From positions 1 through 64,000 of the forward strand of contig CAZWTX010000001.1 of NCBI GenBank assembly GCA_964637135.1: a stretch of 64,000 bases of DNA, written 5' to 3'. The DNA is from an uncultured Methanospirillum sp. GTDB taxonomy: Archaea; Halobacteriota; Methanomicrobia; Methanomicrobiales; Methanospirillaceae. This document shows, in pieces, positions 22,744 through 33,136 of the stretch (positions within the stretch are counted from its first letter, which is position 1; every line of letters begins with the position of its first letter). The notes beneath the pieces were generated by a model. The model had not been told where the DNA came from. It was given only the letters and a program-made list of their open reading frames with translations, and ran no database searches. Both the position numbers and the translations under genes were made by a program.

Positions 22744-25016
22744 GGGATCTCCCCCGTCTGTGCCGGCATGGCACTTACGGTATCAATCACTCCCCTGAGG
22801 TATTGCCCGGTCACAGACCGGCTATTCCTGATAATCTCCCCGGGAGTCCCGGTTGCAATAATTTCGCCACCGCTGCTTCCTCCGCCAGGACCCATATCGA
22901 TGATCCAGTCTGCCTGGCTGATCACTTCGAGGTTGTGTTCGATGACGATCACTGTGTTTCCACCGTCTACGAGGCCGTTGATGATCCCTAGAAGCCGTTC
23001 GGTATCTGCCATATGAAGCCCGGTTGTCGGCTCATCCATCACGTAGATATTTCCTTTCCGGTGTAGTTCGGTTGCGAGTTTTAACCGCTGTGCTTCGCCC
23101 CCCGATAACGAAGAGAGCGATTGTCCGAGCTGGAGATAATCAAGTCCCACATCTGCAAGGACCCGGAGCCGGTGTCTGATCTCCTTGTGATCAAAAAATT
23201 CTACTGCCTCCCTGACCGTCAGGGAGAGAATTTCTGCAATATTTTTCCCCTTGTAGGAAAGCTCCAGGATCTCCGGTTTATACCGGAGACCGTTACACTC
23301 GTCGCATACCATCGCCACATCATCGAGGAAATGCATGTCAACTTTCAGAGTCCCGGTTCCGTTACATTTCGGGCAGGCTCCCTTCGAATTGAAACTGAAG
23401 AATGAGGGATCAGTTCCGGTTGCCTTCCCGATCTCTTTCCTCATCAGGTCAAAGATCCCGAGATATGTTGCCGGATTAGACCGGGAACTTCTTCCGACAG
23501 CTGACTGGTCGATCACGACTGCTTCCGGAAATTCTTCGCAGAAAACGCCGTGAATGAGTGAACTTTTCCCGCTTCCCGCAACTCCGGTGATACAGACAAG
23601 AACTCCTTTCGGAATCCTTACCGAGATATCCTTCAGGTTATGCAGTGATGCACCGGTGATCGGGTAGTATCCCTGTGGGATGCGACGGGTACGGTCAAAT
23701 GATACCCGTTTTTCGAGGTATTCGGCTGTCTTCGTTCCTGATGAGACGAGACCCGATACCGGACCATTGTACATGATTCTCCCTCCATTCACTCCCGCTC
23801 CCGGCCCGATATCGATCACGTGATCAGCCGAAAGGATCATCTCAGGATCGTGTTCGACGACGAGCACGGTATTTCCCTTGTCCCTGAGTTCTGCAAGGAT
23901 CTGGATGAGATTGCCGACATCCCTCGGGTGAAGTCCGATGCTTGGTTCGTCGAGGATGTAAACGAGGTTGACGAGGGTGCAGTCAAGCTGGCGGGCGATC
24001 TTTACCCGCTGTGCTTCCCCACCGGAAAGGGTTGCCACCGGACGGTGGAGCGAGAGGTACCCGACCCCGATATCCATCAGGTACCGGATAATAACCGTCA
24101 TCTTGCTGACAATCGGGCCGGCAAGGGGATGCTCGATTTCTTCCAAGTACGAGAGAAGGTCGGGCATCTCGAGAGAGACGATATCAGGAAGACGCCTTCC
24201 CTGGACGGTAACAGACCGGGCTGCTTCGTTAAGGCGGCTCCCGCCACATGCAGGACAGGTCTCGTACCGGAAAAAGCGGGTATACGCATCAGAGTTCTCC
24301 TCCTTGTTCATGTATGCCTTCTTCAGCCGGCTGATCACTCCCTCGTACTGAGCCTGGTACTGCTCCCCGCACCGCTCGCTGGTCACCCGGGTCTGCGGGT
24401 GGTACAGGAGATTATACCGTTCGCTCTCCTTCAATTCCCCGACCGGAATATTCGGATCAAAAAGTCCGCATTTCATCAGCGAGTTCCAGTAATATCCTCC
24501 TTTCTTGTACTGGGAATGGAGAATGGCTCCTTCTGCAACCGAACGGGAGGGATCGATCAGTCGTACCTCGTCCACGACCATCAGCTGGCCGAGACCGGCA
24601 CATTCCGGGCACATCCCTTCGGCATTGTTGAAAGAGAAGAGGTTGGATCCCCCGATGAACGGTTCCCCGCATCGCGAGAAGAGAAGCCGGAGGTACGTAT
24701 AGATCTCCGTCATGGTCCCGACCGTTGACCGGAGCGTTCTTCCCGGCCGTTTCTGGTCGATCACGATCACCGGGGCAAGGTTAGTGATCTCATCCATGTC
24801 AGGCCGGGTGATCTTCGGGAGGAGCGATCGCTCAAAGGTCCCGAACGTCTCGATCAGCTGTCGCTGTGCTTCCTGGCTGATCGTGTCAAATACAAGGGAT
24901 GATTTCCCACTCCCCGAGACACCGGTAAAAACCACGATCCGATTCTTCGGTACCGTGAGCGAGATATTCTTCAGGTTATGGACCCTGACTCCCGAAAGAC
25001 AGATATCCCCGTTCAT
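22740..25016 (-). CDS. Short UvrA-family ATPase (class II UvrA / DrrC-like)
   Basis: 758 aa; two ABC modules (GVSGSGKSS, GVAGSGKSS, LSGGEAQR twice); Zn fingers; shorter than canonical UvrA. Confidence 0.9.
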   Translation of the reverse strand: MNGDICLSGVRVHNLKNISLTVPKNRIVVFTGVSGSGKSSLVFDTISQEAQRQLIETFGTFERSLLPKITRPDMDEITNLAPVIVIDQKRPGRTLRSTVGTMTEIYTYLRLLFSRCGEPFIGGSNLFSFNNAEGMCPECAGLGQLMVVDEVRLIDPSRSVAEGAILHSQYKKGGYYWNSLMKCGLFDPNIPVGELKESERYNLLYHPQTRVTSERCGEQYQAQYEGVISRLKKAYMNKEENSDAYTRFFRYETCPACGGSRLNEAARSVTVQGRRLPDIVSLEMPDLLSYLEEIEHPLAGPIVSKMTVIIRYLMDIGVGYLSLHRPVATLSGGEAQRVKIARQLDCTLVNLVYILDEPSIGLHPRDVGNLIQILAELRDKGNTVLVVEHDPEMILSADHVIDIGPGAGVNGGRIMYNGPVSGLVSSGTKTAEYLEKRVSFDRTRRIPQGYYPITGASLHNLKDISVRIPKGVLVCITGVAGSGKSSLIHGVFCEEFPEAVVIDQSAVGRSSRSNPATYLGIFDLMRKEIGKATGTDPSFFSFNSKGACPKCNGTGTLKVDMHFLDDVAMVCDECNGLRYKPEILELSYKGKNIAEILSLTVREAVEFFDHKEIRHRLRVLADVGLDYLQLGQSLSSLSGGEAQRLKLATELHRKGNIYVMDEPTTGLHMADTERLLGIINGLVDGGNTVIVIEHNLEVISQADWIIDMGPGGGSSGGEIIATGTPGEIIRNSRSVTGQYLRGVIDTVSAMPAQTGEIP

Positions 25017-25567
25017 TCCTGCTCCGGATGGGCGGCATTGTACTCATCGATGAAACTCTTCGCCCATTCGAGTTCTCCTTTCAGGATGAATACCCGGCGG
25101 CGGGCGAGGGCGAGGTTGCCAACCTCGCATTCGTGGTCGAGGAGATATTGTTCCAGTTCTCCGTAACTGACAATCCGCTCGCTTATGGAGACAAGGTATT
25201 TTCCGAGTGCCTCCCTCACTTCTGCCGGAGTGAGTACCTGCAGGTTTGCAAGGGCAAGATCGATCTGGTAGATGGATATCTCCAGTTCTGAGAGGATCTC
25301 GGTCACCTTCTCCCTGAGTTCTTTCGTTCCTTTTTCGGTTAGGGTATAGATCTTCTTGACCTTGTTTGTCTCCGTGACTTCCAGGTTCACATCAACGAGG
25401 AGTTTCTTCTCGAGTTTCTCGAGGACCTTGTAGATGGATGAGAGCGAGATCTCAGTCCAGTACCGCATGTCATGCTCCCAGACGCTCTTTTCAATCTCAT
25501 ACGGGTACATGGGTTTCTCAGAGAGGAGCCCGAGAAGGGCGGTCTCCATGTTTGAGATCGTACTCAT
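25013..25567 (-). CDS. PadR family transcriptional regulator
   Basis: LLGLLSEKPMYPYEI, SIYKVLEKLE, KKIYTLTEKG. Confidence 0.9.
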   Translation of the reverse strand: MSTISNMETALLGLLSEKPMYPYEIEKSVWEHDMRYWTEISLSSIYKVLEKLEKKLLVDVNLEVTETNKVKKIYTLTEKGTKELREKVTEILSELEISIYQIDLALANLQVLTPAEVREALGKYLVSISERIVSYGELEQYLLDHECEVGNLALARRRVFILKGELEWAKSFIDEYNAAHPEQE

Positions 25568-25733
25568 ACAGTATTGTATTAGTACAATACTATATAAATA
25601 CAATTTCAGTATATAGGATACTCAACCCTCAAAGGCTCTTTCAACCGGTATCCGGATGAAAAAAATACAGAGCGTTCAGGCCTGGTTCACCTGTCGGATT
25701 CGTCCTACGCTCAGGCATCACCGGGATGAATGC

Positions 25734-26555
25734 TCATGCCAGGTAATCGTGCTCTACGGTGCCGGGAAGCAGGGTCAGGTCGCTGACAAAATGAACCCCG
25801 GATATTACCTTTCGAACCGGGAGATCGGCAACCGGGGCAAGGGCATGGTGGAAGAGTTCGAGGTCTGACGGTCCCGTCCAGGCACCTTTCACGGTGACAT
25901 TGTCCAGGTGGTACCTGACCAACTGGCGGATCTTCGATGATCCATCAACATCTGGGATCTCCTTGAGCAGGTAGTTGGGTGTTTCTTCCAGTGATTTTCT
26001 GATATCATCGGTGGGAAGCGTTTTCCATTTGTATCCCATCGTTCCCCGTGCCACCTCGAGTTCCCCGTAAAAGAGCCGTCCGACAAGGGTATCCCGGCTG
26101 ACCGGGTCGATACCGAGTGAAGGGCTGGCTGATTTCTTTGGGAACCCCCAGATTTCCCTTCCGGCAAGGATAGCAGGTTCATTATCAAGGTACATGGAGA
26201 GAACAAAGAGTCCGGGCTTTCCGTGGTAGGTGACCGGGATCACCTGGCCTGATTCGGTATAATCACCAAGCCCGGTTGAGTCCGGCATGCGGATGAATTC
26301 ATATTTGACAATCGGTTCCGTAACCTCAAGCGGCCAGGGTATCTTCTCTTTCAGAAGGGCAAGATCAGTCTCGTAGGTGATAATGAAGTACTCCCGGTCG
26401 ACAAACCGGTACGGAGGAAGGGGGTATGAAGGACTGTCCGGAGGCATGATCCCGGATGCATCGTGGCTCGTGTCAGGGGATACTGATCCGGAAACGAAAA
26501 CCAGAATAAGGAAGGTAACCAGGAGAATCATCCCGGTGAGTGGTATGAAGGTCAT
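25734..26555 (-). CDS. adc: Acetoacetate decarboxylase family protein with N-terminal hydrophobic segment
   Basis: [37 protein letters not shown] (Schiff-base Lys), GAWTGP; start inferred at MTFIPL. Confidence 0.85.
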   Translation of the reverse strand: MTFIPLTGMILLVTFLILVFVSGSVSPDTSHDASGIMPPDSPSYPLPPYRFVDREYFIITYETDLALLKEKIPWPLEVTEPIVKYEFIRMPDSTGLGDYTESGQVIPVTYHGKPGLFVLSMYLDNEPAILAGREIWGFPKKSASPSLGIDPVSRDTLVGRLFYGELEVARGTMGYKWKTLPTDDIRKSLEETPNYLLKEIPDVDGSSKIRQLVRYHLDNVTVKGAWTGPSDLELFHHALAPVADLPVRKVISGVHFVSDLTLLPGTVEHDYLA

Positions 26556-26695
26556 ATCACATCTTCCGTGACCGGAGAAGATGAACGATCCGATCGGATG
26601 CATGAATATGCCTCCCCATGCTTTATCCCCTCCGGGAGCGATCTTCGCATCAGGGAGCCAGTGATATCTGCCGGGCATTCCTGACGGGGATTTAC

Positions 26696-27583
26696 ATGAC
26701 TGAAGCAATCGTTGCGGTATCAGATGTACACCTGGGATACCGTGATCAACAGAAACAGGATGCATTCCTGGAATTTTTGCATGCCTGTGAGCGGGAGAAT
26801 TTTGATCATCTCGTCCTCTGCGGTGATATTCTTGATATGTGGCGACGACGGAACGTGGACATCTTCTCATGCTACGAGGATGTCTGCAGAAAGCCCTATA
26901 CAAAAAAAGAACCGGCTGACCGGAAACCTACCAGCAAAAAGGTCACGATAAATGGAGAGATCCTCCGCAAACTGGGGAGGATGGAACGTCCACAGATCCA
27001 TTATATTGTTGGAAACCATGATTTTGCGCTCCTTTCGATGTGCCAGAATGATACCGGTGAATTTCCGTTTCCGGTGACTCTTTCAGAGCGGATCCATGAC
27101 GGGACACGGTGGAATACCTTCCTCCACGGGCATCAGCTCGATGTCCTGGCAAACATGGAGGGATGGGGAATCGACCTGTACGAGGAGTGGTCATACCGGC
27201 TCTGCGGGCTCGGGGACATGACCGGGGGGCTGACATCGAGTTTCTGGACGCTTAAGGAGACGATCGAAGCAAAACTGAACGCTCAGGTCAGGACGATGCT
27301 CAAAAATCCCAATCTCCGTGACGGCGTGGACCGGACCCATTCGTTTGCTGATTCCCAGGGGGCATATCTCTACCTCGGGATGCCCCCCGGTGATCGGCTG
27401 ATTTACGGGCACACCCATGACATGGATAAACCGATCTCCCAGGATGTTGCCAATACCGGGTGCTGGGGATGGGAAAATAACAAAGGCCAGAAGAACTGCT
27501 ACCTGACTATCATTGATGGAATCGTCGGGAGAGGGTTTTACGATGGGGGGGATATTCTCCCCGGGGAACCGGGAAGTCCGTAG
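26696..27583 (+). CDS. Calcineurin-like metallophosphoesterase (LpxH-like)
   Basis: SDVHLG, GDILD, GNHD, HGH, GHTH, NTGCW motifs. Confidence 0.88.
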   Translation: MTEAIVAVSDVHLGYRDQQKQDAFLEFLHACERENFDHLVLCGDILDMWRRRNVDIFSCYEDVCRKPYTKKEPADRKPTSKKVTINGEILRKLGRMERPQIHYIVGNHDFALLSMCQNDTGEFPFPVTLSERIHDGTRWNTFLHGHQLDVLANMEGWGIDLYEEWSYRLCGLGDMTGGLTSSFWTLKETIEAKLNAQVRTMLKNPNLRDGVDRTHSFADSQGAYLYLGMPPGDRLIYGHTHDMDKPISQDVANTGCWGWENNKGQKNCYLTIIDGIVGRGFYDGGDILPGEPGSP

Positions 27584-27682
27584 AATATCCTTATTCAGAC
27601 GAGAAGGCAGCGCTTGATGTCCCCTGCGGTGATGTAACCGGACATTGCGTGATCTTTCCGAAAAAAGAAAAAATTCAGCCGT

Positions 27683-28669
27683 TCAGGAGGGTTGTATGGG
27701 ATCGATCTTACCAGGCAGGATATCATCCCGGCTGATCTGCCAGTCCCAGGGATCATGGGTGATGGTGACGGATACTTCTTTCACCCAGTTAATGAGCCGG
27801 ATACGAGATTCAACCTGTTTTGTGAGATATTCTATCAGCGGGCATGCATCGCAGTTGATGTACATCTCAACAACGACATCATCTCCTGAGATCCGTATTG
27901 ACCTAACCAGGCCGACATCGACGACGTTATGCCCGATCTCGGGATCGATCACCTGCCGGAGTGCCCCCAGGATCTCCTCCTCCCGGTCTGTTGAGGCCAT
28001 GATCTCATGCCCGGGCTTTAGCATGGTATTCTCCCGCTCCAGCCGGAAAATCCGGTCTTCCATCACCTGCTGTCGTTCAAGGAGCCGTGAAAGCACCCGG
28101 AGCGTCGGGTCAGGCATTGCGTTATCACGTATCTCATCCTGATTCATCCGTTTATCCAGCCCGGCTATCCTGCCGGGAACACCGACAACCGTTGCGCCGG
28201 GCGGGACATCCCTGACGACTACCGCCCCTGCACCAATCCGTGCATACTCTCCGACAGTAACCGGCCCGAGGACCGACGAACCTGATCCAAGGACTACCCC
28301 GGTTCCTATCGTCGGGTGGCGTTTTCCTTTCGTGAGCGTGGTTCCGCCGAGAACAACCCCCATATAGATGAGTACGTCATCACCGACCTCGGCTGTCTCT
28401 CCGATAACAACGCCCATACCATGATCGATAACAACTCCCTTCCCGATGACTGCTCCCGGATGGATCTCGATCCCGGTCAGAAACCGGGTAAGATGAGAGA
28501 TGAATCGGGCAGAAAGGTATCGTCGGTGCTGCCAGAGTGAGTGCGATATCCGGTACCCGATCATGGCATGAAACCCGGGGTAGCAGAGTACGATCTCAAG
28601 CCCTGATCTGGCAGCGGGATCTTTCCTGATGATGGCATGGATATCCTGTCGAATTTCTTTTATCATCAT
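27683..28669 (-). CDS. cysE: Serine O-acetyltransferase fused to a C-terminal DUF59 (FeS assembly/SufT-like) domain
   Basis: [33 protein letters not shown]-terminal [27 protein letters not shown]. Confidence 0.92.
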   Translation of the reverse strand: MMIKEIRQDIHAIIRKDPAARSGLEIVLCYPGFHAMIGYRISHSLWQHRRYLSARFISHLTRFLTGIEIHPGAVIGKGVVIDHGMGVVIGETAEVGDDVLIYMGVVLGGTTLTKGKRHPTIGTGVVLGSGSSVLGPVTVGEYARIGAGAVVVRDVPPGATVVGVPGRIAGLDKRMNQDEIRDNAMPDPTLRVLSRLLERQQVMEDRIFRLERENTMLKPGHEIMASTDREEEILGALRQVIDPEIGHNVVDVGLVRSIRISGDDVVVEMYINCDACPLIEYLTKQVESRIRLINWVKEVSVTITHDPWDWQISRDDILPGKIDPIQPS

Positions 28670-29614
28670 CTATTCCTCGAAAAGGGCTGTTGAGAGGTAT
28701 CTCTCCCCGGTATCGGGGAGGATGACCACGATCAGTTTTCCTTCGCTCTCCGGTCGTCCTGCGATCTGCATCGCCGCAGAAACCGCTGCTCCTGATGAAG
28801 CACCGGCGAGAATACCCTCTTCCCTGGCAAGACGCCGTGCCATGGCAAACGCCTCGGTCGTGGCGACAGGTATCACCTCGTCGAGCAGATCAGTCCTGAG
28901 TACACCGGGAATAAAGCCCGGGCTAATCCCCCATATAGAATGAGGACCTGGCCTGCCTCCCGAAATGACCGGGGAGTCTGCAGCTTCAACGGCGACTACT
29001 TGAAAGGATGGTTTTCGCTGTTTCAGGACTGTTGCAATCCCGGTGATCGTCCCTCCGGTTCCGGCACCGGCTACGACAATGTCCACCCTGCCGTCAGTAT
29101 CTTCCCAGATCTCTTCGGCAGTGGTCTCCATGTGGATCCCGGGGTTTGCCGGGTTATTAAATTGTTGCAGGATCAGAAACCGTTCGGGATCCTCCTGCTG
29201 TATAGCCTCGGCTTTTCTGACGGCTCCACTCATTCCCTCACTGGCAGGGGTAAGAACAAGTTCAGCCCCGAGAGCAGCCAGAAGTTTTCTCCGCTCAATA
29301 CTGAACGATTCCGGCATTGTCAGGATAAGGCGGTATCCCCGTGCTGCACAGACAAATGCCAGGGCAACCCCGGTGTTCCCGCTTGTGGGTTCAATGATGG
29401 TGGTATCCGGACCTATCAGCCCGTCCCGCTCGGCTGCTTCGATAAGGGCAATCCCGATCCGATCCTTGACACTTCCCAGCGGATTTCTCGACTCCTGTTT
29501 TACCACGATCACGGGTGGTCTGGCCAGGACGTTCAGGCTGCGAGGAATACGACGAAGCCTGATTAACGGGGTTTTACCGATCGTTCTGGTGATATCATCA
29601 TATATTTGTGCCAT
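28670..29614 (-). CDS. cysK: Cysteine synthase A (paralog 1)
   Basis: [10 protein letters not shown] (PLP Lys), [25 protein letters not shown]. Confidence 0.93.
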   Translation of the reverse strand: MAQIYDDITRTIGKTPLIRLRRIPRSLNVLARPPVIVVKQESRNPLGSVKDRIGIALIEAAERDGLIGPDTTIIEPTSGNTGVALAFVCAARGYRLILTMPESFSIERRKLLAALGAELVLTPASEGMSGAVRKAEAIQQEDPERFLILQQFNNPANPGIHMETTAEEIWEDTDGRVDIVVAGAGTGGTITGIATVLKQRKPSFQVVAVEAADSPVISGGRPGPHSIWGISPGFIPGVLRTDLLDEVIPVATTEAFAMARRLAREEGILAGASSGAAVSAAMQIAGRPESEGKLIVVILPDTGERYLSTALFEE

Positions 29615-29733
29615 GGGATCAGATTCAGGTACCGGTTGCATCGATTATTAGACCCGGTTTGATAAAGGGATAGGGGTTGCGGCAACCGGCTCCTCTCTCC
29701 TTCGCGGATATCCTGAATTCTCTGGATCGTCTG

Positions 29734-29987
29734 TTATGAGACCTTCTGGATCTTTTCAGTGAATGCGTTGTTTTGAAGGGCTTTCTTCAGATTATCCATT
29801 TTTTCACCTGATAGCGATGGAAGCCGGATACGAAATGTTCCATCCACGGATACCGGTCCACGTAACTGTATCGTCTTCATACTATTCCCATCCGGGATGG
29901 GAACCCAGTACACCGCCTCCCAGGTATCCCTGGGATACCAGGTCACATAGGTATCCTTCTGTAATACCTGGATGGAACCGATGAACC
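29734..29987 (-). CDS. 3' fragment of a hypothetical gene that runs into the assembly gap
   Basis: Frame open from the N-run (FIGSIQVLQKDTYVTWYP...) to TAA at 29734; probably the C-terminus of the 31007 gene. Confidence 0.5.
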
Positions 29988-29997
29988 NNNNNNNNNN
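29988..29997. other. Assembly gap (10 N)
   Basis: Run of N in the sequence. Confidence 1.
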
Positions 29998-31007
29998 TAT
30001 GTCCCAATCCTGATATGGGTGACCTGATCGTTCTCTCCGGGTTCTGCAGTTTCCGGCCTCGTCTCTGACTCGGAGGAGGTATCATCGGCTGTTTCTTCCC
30101 CTCCGATCGATACCTGTGTTTCGGCCATCCCGGACTCATACCCGGTCTTTTCTGCTTCGGTACGGATCCATATCCTTCCTGAAACCTGCTGCGGCCAGGT
30201 TCCGGTGAGGACGCAGATTCCTTCTGAATTCGTGACGATATCCTTCTCCAGGGATTCATCGATGGAAGGAGCATAGAGAAGGAGAGAAACGGGCACCTCG
30301 GGGACCGTTTTTCCGGTTAAATCTGTTACCCGGACGGTTATCGTATAGGGATCACCGGGTTTGTAGACCCCGGTATCTGTCTGAATCCCGGGTACGAGTG
30401 ACTGGCTGACGGAAGGTTCCTCGCCCTCTTTTGTGATACCGGTATCAGAAAGCCCTTCAGGTGCTTTCAGGATCATGAGGCATTTTCCTATCCAGGAAGA
30501 GACATCCTCGTAGTTTTTTCCGAATCCTTCAGGATCGACTTTACGGAAATAGGCAACCCAGACTTCGTGGTTTCCGGTGACATAGCCGATCTCGCATCCG
30601 ATAACCTGGTCTGCATAGGTATCGGTGATCTCCATCACGTACCCGGTATCACCAAGATCAACCGGCTCCTTTTTCGATTGCGATTCATCTGCCTTCGATT
30701 CACGGATGTATTGCTCCATCGAAGCAACCCGTTTGTCATGATCTGACGGTTTAAACTCGCTCACGGTGATCCGGAATGTGATCCGCACCTCATCTCTGAC
30801 CGGGTAGTAACTTTTTGACTGGTAATACGAGTAGGTGTGATCGATCATCGTGTCATAGATGTCCGGGTCCAGTTCTGTGCAGGGATACGGATCAAAGAGG
30901 GTCTGGATCGCATCTCCTGAAGGAATCAGATCTTCCATCGTCTCTGCCAGACCAGGCTGAACGAACAGGAACAGAAAGAAAACGAAGAGGATTGCTGACC
31001 GGTTCAT
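29998..31007 (-). CDS. Secreted hypothetical protein with Ig-like (MG2/Big-type) domain, partial
   Basis: Signal peptide MNRSAILFVFFLFLFVQPGLA; TDTGVYKPGDPYTITVRV Ig-like motif; acidic linker; ends at the gap. Confidence 0.7.
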
Positions 31008-31075
31008 GACTCACCCACGGAATAATACCGGTATGAGAAGAAAAAGATTATCTGGCCTAAAGATCGATGAGAGAT

Positions 31076-31858
31076 CTACCGGTTCTCTCTTCCGTCGCTC
31101 ACAATTCCTGTTTCCCGAATGCGTTGCGGATGGGTATAGATGATCATCTTCCTCCCCCTGACAAATCCACCGATGGTAAGGCCCTTCGCTCCGGCAAGGG
31201 AGATCGCCATTGAGGTGGTCGCCCCCCGGGAGAAGATCACCGGAATGTTAGCGATGATGCATTTTCGTGCCATTTCAGAAGATATCCGGCCGGAGATAAG
31301 TGTCCAGGTCCGGGAGAGATCGATCCGGTTTTTCACCGCATAGCCGATCACCCGGTCGAGAGCATTGTGCCTCCCGATATCCTCTGCGACCGTAATGAGA
31401 CCGTTTTCGTCAGCAAGCCCGACAACGTGAATTCCCCCGGTCAGGCGGTGAAGTTCGGAGTCAAGAACCGTTTTTATGAGCTCATGAATCAGCCCGGCAG
31501 ATATGACAAGGTCTGACGAGATCTCCGGAAGGCGGGAGGGATCGAGGAACGAACTGTCCCCGCCGCATCCGGAGAGGACGGTCTTTGTACCGCCCTGGAT
31601 CCGTGTCCGTCCGGTGGTGAGCACCCGGATCTGGTGGCCGTCGATCTGGAGGGATTCAACCTCTTCCACGGTCCGGATGATCCCCTCGGTAACGAGGTAC
31701 CCGATGGCAAACTCCTCAAGTCTGGTCGGACTGGTCATGGCATTGAGCAACTGGCGTCCGTTCACCCAGAGCCCATACTGCTCCTCGATAATCACCTGGT
31801 GATCCCGGGATGCAAAGACCCCGTCATCTTCTCCGATACATGGTATGGTTATATACAT
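31076..31858 (-). CDS. fdhD: Formate dehydrogenase accessory sulfurtransferase
   Basis: SGCG, TGGIH, EDIGRHNALD, SGRISSEM. Confidence 0.93.
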   Translation of the reverse strand: MYITIPCIGEDDGVFASRDHQVIIEEQYGLWVNGRQLLNAMTSPTRLEEFAIGYLVTEGIIRTVEEVESLQIDGHQIRVLTTGRTRIQGGTKTVLSGCGGDSSFLDPSRLPEISSDLVISAGLIHELIKTVLDSELHRLTGGIHVVGLADENGLITVAEDIGRHNALDRVIGYAVKNRIDLSRTWTLISGRISSEMARKCIIANIPVIFSRGATTSMAISLAGAKGLTIGGFVRGRKMIIYTHPQRIRETGIVSDGRENR

Positions 31859-33048
31859 CAGATCCCTTCCGCGATCTCCCTGACCGCATCGGTAAAGAAT
31901 TCAACCTCATCGGCCGTATTGTAGAGATACAGGCTTGCCCTGATGGTCCCGTCCGGGCAGCCGAGATGCTCCATGAGCGGCATGCAGCAGTGATGACCTG
32001 ACCGGACCATGGTATCGTACTGGTCATCGAGGAGATGGGCTGCCTCATGCGGATGGTACCCGTCGATCAGGAAGGAAACGGTTCCAACCCGCTTATCACT
32101 CCCATCCGGACCGAAGAGGGTAACCCCTTCGATACCGGACAGTCCATCCAGGAGCAGTCCGGTCAGGGCCGTCTCATGGGCGAAGATCTCATCCATCCCT
32201 ATCCCGGAGAGGATCTGTACCGCCTTTCGAAGCCCGATCGCTCCGGTCACGTTCGGGGTTCCTGCCTCGAGACCCGCATACCCATCCTCCGGCGTGTATC
32301 CATCGGTCGTCACCTCCCGTATCATTCCGCCGCCGAGGAGCATCGGCGTAAGATCCGGCTCCTTCATCCAGAGCACCCCGGTTCCAGTCGGACCAAGCAT
32401 CTTGTGGCCTGAGAAGCAGAGGTAGTCACAGCCAATGGCTCTCACATCCACCGGTAGGTGGGGAACCGACTGGGCAGCATCGATCAGGGTCTTCACCCCA
32501 TTGTCCCGGGCAATGGCGGCAATCTCCTGGACCGGCTGGATCGTGCCGAGAACATTGGAGAGATGGCTGCAGGCAATGAGCCGGATATTCTTCGTGATCT
32601 TCTCCCCGATGGCGTCAGGGTCGAGGTACCCGTCCGGTCCGGGAGTGACGATCTCGACCGTAATTCCTCTCTTTCGAAGATCAATCCAGGGAAGAAGGTT
32701 TGAATGATGTTCAAGGAGGGTCGTTATCACCTGGTCTCCTTCCTGAAATTCCATCCCGAACGCCACCTGGTTGATCGCCTCGGTCGTGTTCTTCGTGAAG
32801 ACCGTAACGCCTCCTTCGCCGTGGATGAACCGGGAGACTGTCTCGTGGGCATCCCAGTAGAGCTGGGAACTAACCTGGCTGAGCCGGTGAATGCCCCGAC
32901 CAACATTTCCCCGGCTGGTCAGGTCGTAGGAGTACATCTCGTCGAGTACTGACCGGGGAACGAGGCTGGTTGCCGCCGAGTCAAAATAGATGAGTTCCCC
33001 GGCAAGCGGAATCTCCCCCCTGATGGATTCGATAGTAATAATGCTCAT
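31858..33048 (-). CDS. sufS: Cysteine desulfurase (SufS type)
   Basis: YFDSAAT, EHHSN, FSGHKMLGPTG, RSGHHC. Confidence 0.93.
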   Translation of the reverse strand: MSIITIESIRGEIPLAGELIYFDSAATSLVPRSVLDEMYSYDLTSRGNVGRGIHRLSQVSSQLYWDAHETVSRFIHGEGGVTVFTKNTTEAINQVAFGMEFQEGDQVITTLLEHHSNLLPWIDLRKRGITVEIVTPGPDGYLDPDAIGEKITKNIRLIACSHLSNVLGTIQPVQEIAAIARDNGVKTLIDAAQSVPHLPVDVRAIGCDYLCFSGHKMLGPTGTGVLWMKEPDLTPMLLGGGMIREVTTDGYTPEDGYAGLEAGTPNVTGAIGLRKAVQILSGIGMDEIFAHETALTGLLLDGLSGIEGVTLFGPDGSDKRVGTVSFLIDGYHPHEAAHLLDDQYDTMVRSGHHCCMPLMEHLGCPDGTIRASLYLYNTADEVEFFTDAVREIAEGI

Positions 33049-33120
33049 ATCACAAATGTAACCAGTGCCTGACTGTTCTCTCTCCTGCCAATACTCTTAT
33101 GGAATGGTGCATCTAATAGT

Positions 33121-33136
33121 TTTCACAATTGTGAAA
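33121..33136. promoter_or_regulatory. Perfect palindrome TTTCACAATTGTGAAA (putative sulfur-regulon operator)
   Basis: Between divergent sufS and nadA; the motif recurs at four other promoters of the sulfur locus. Confidence 0.8.
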
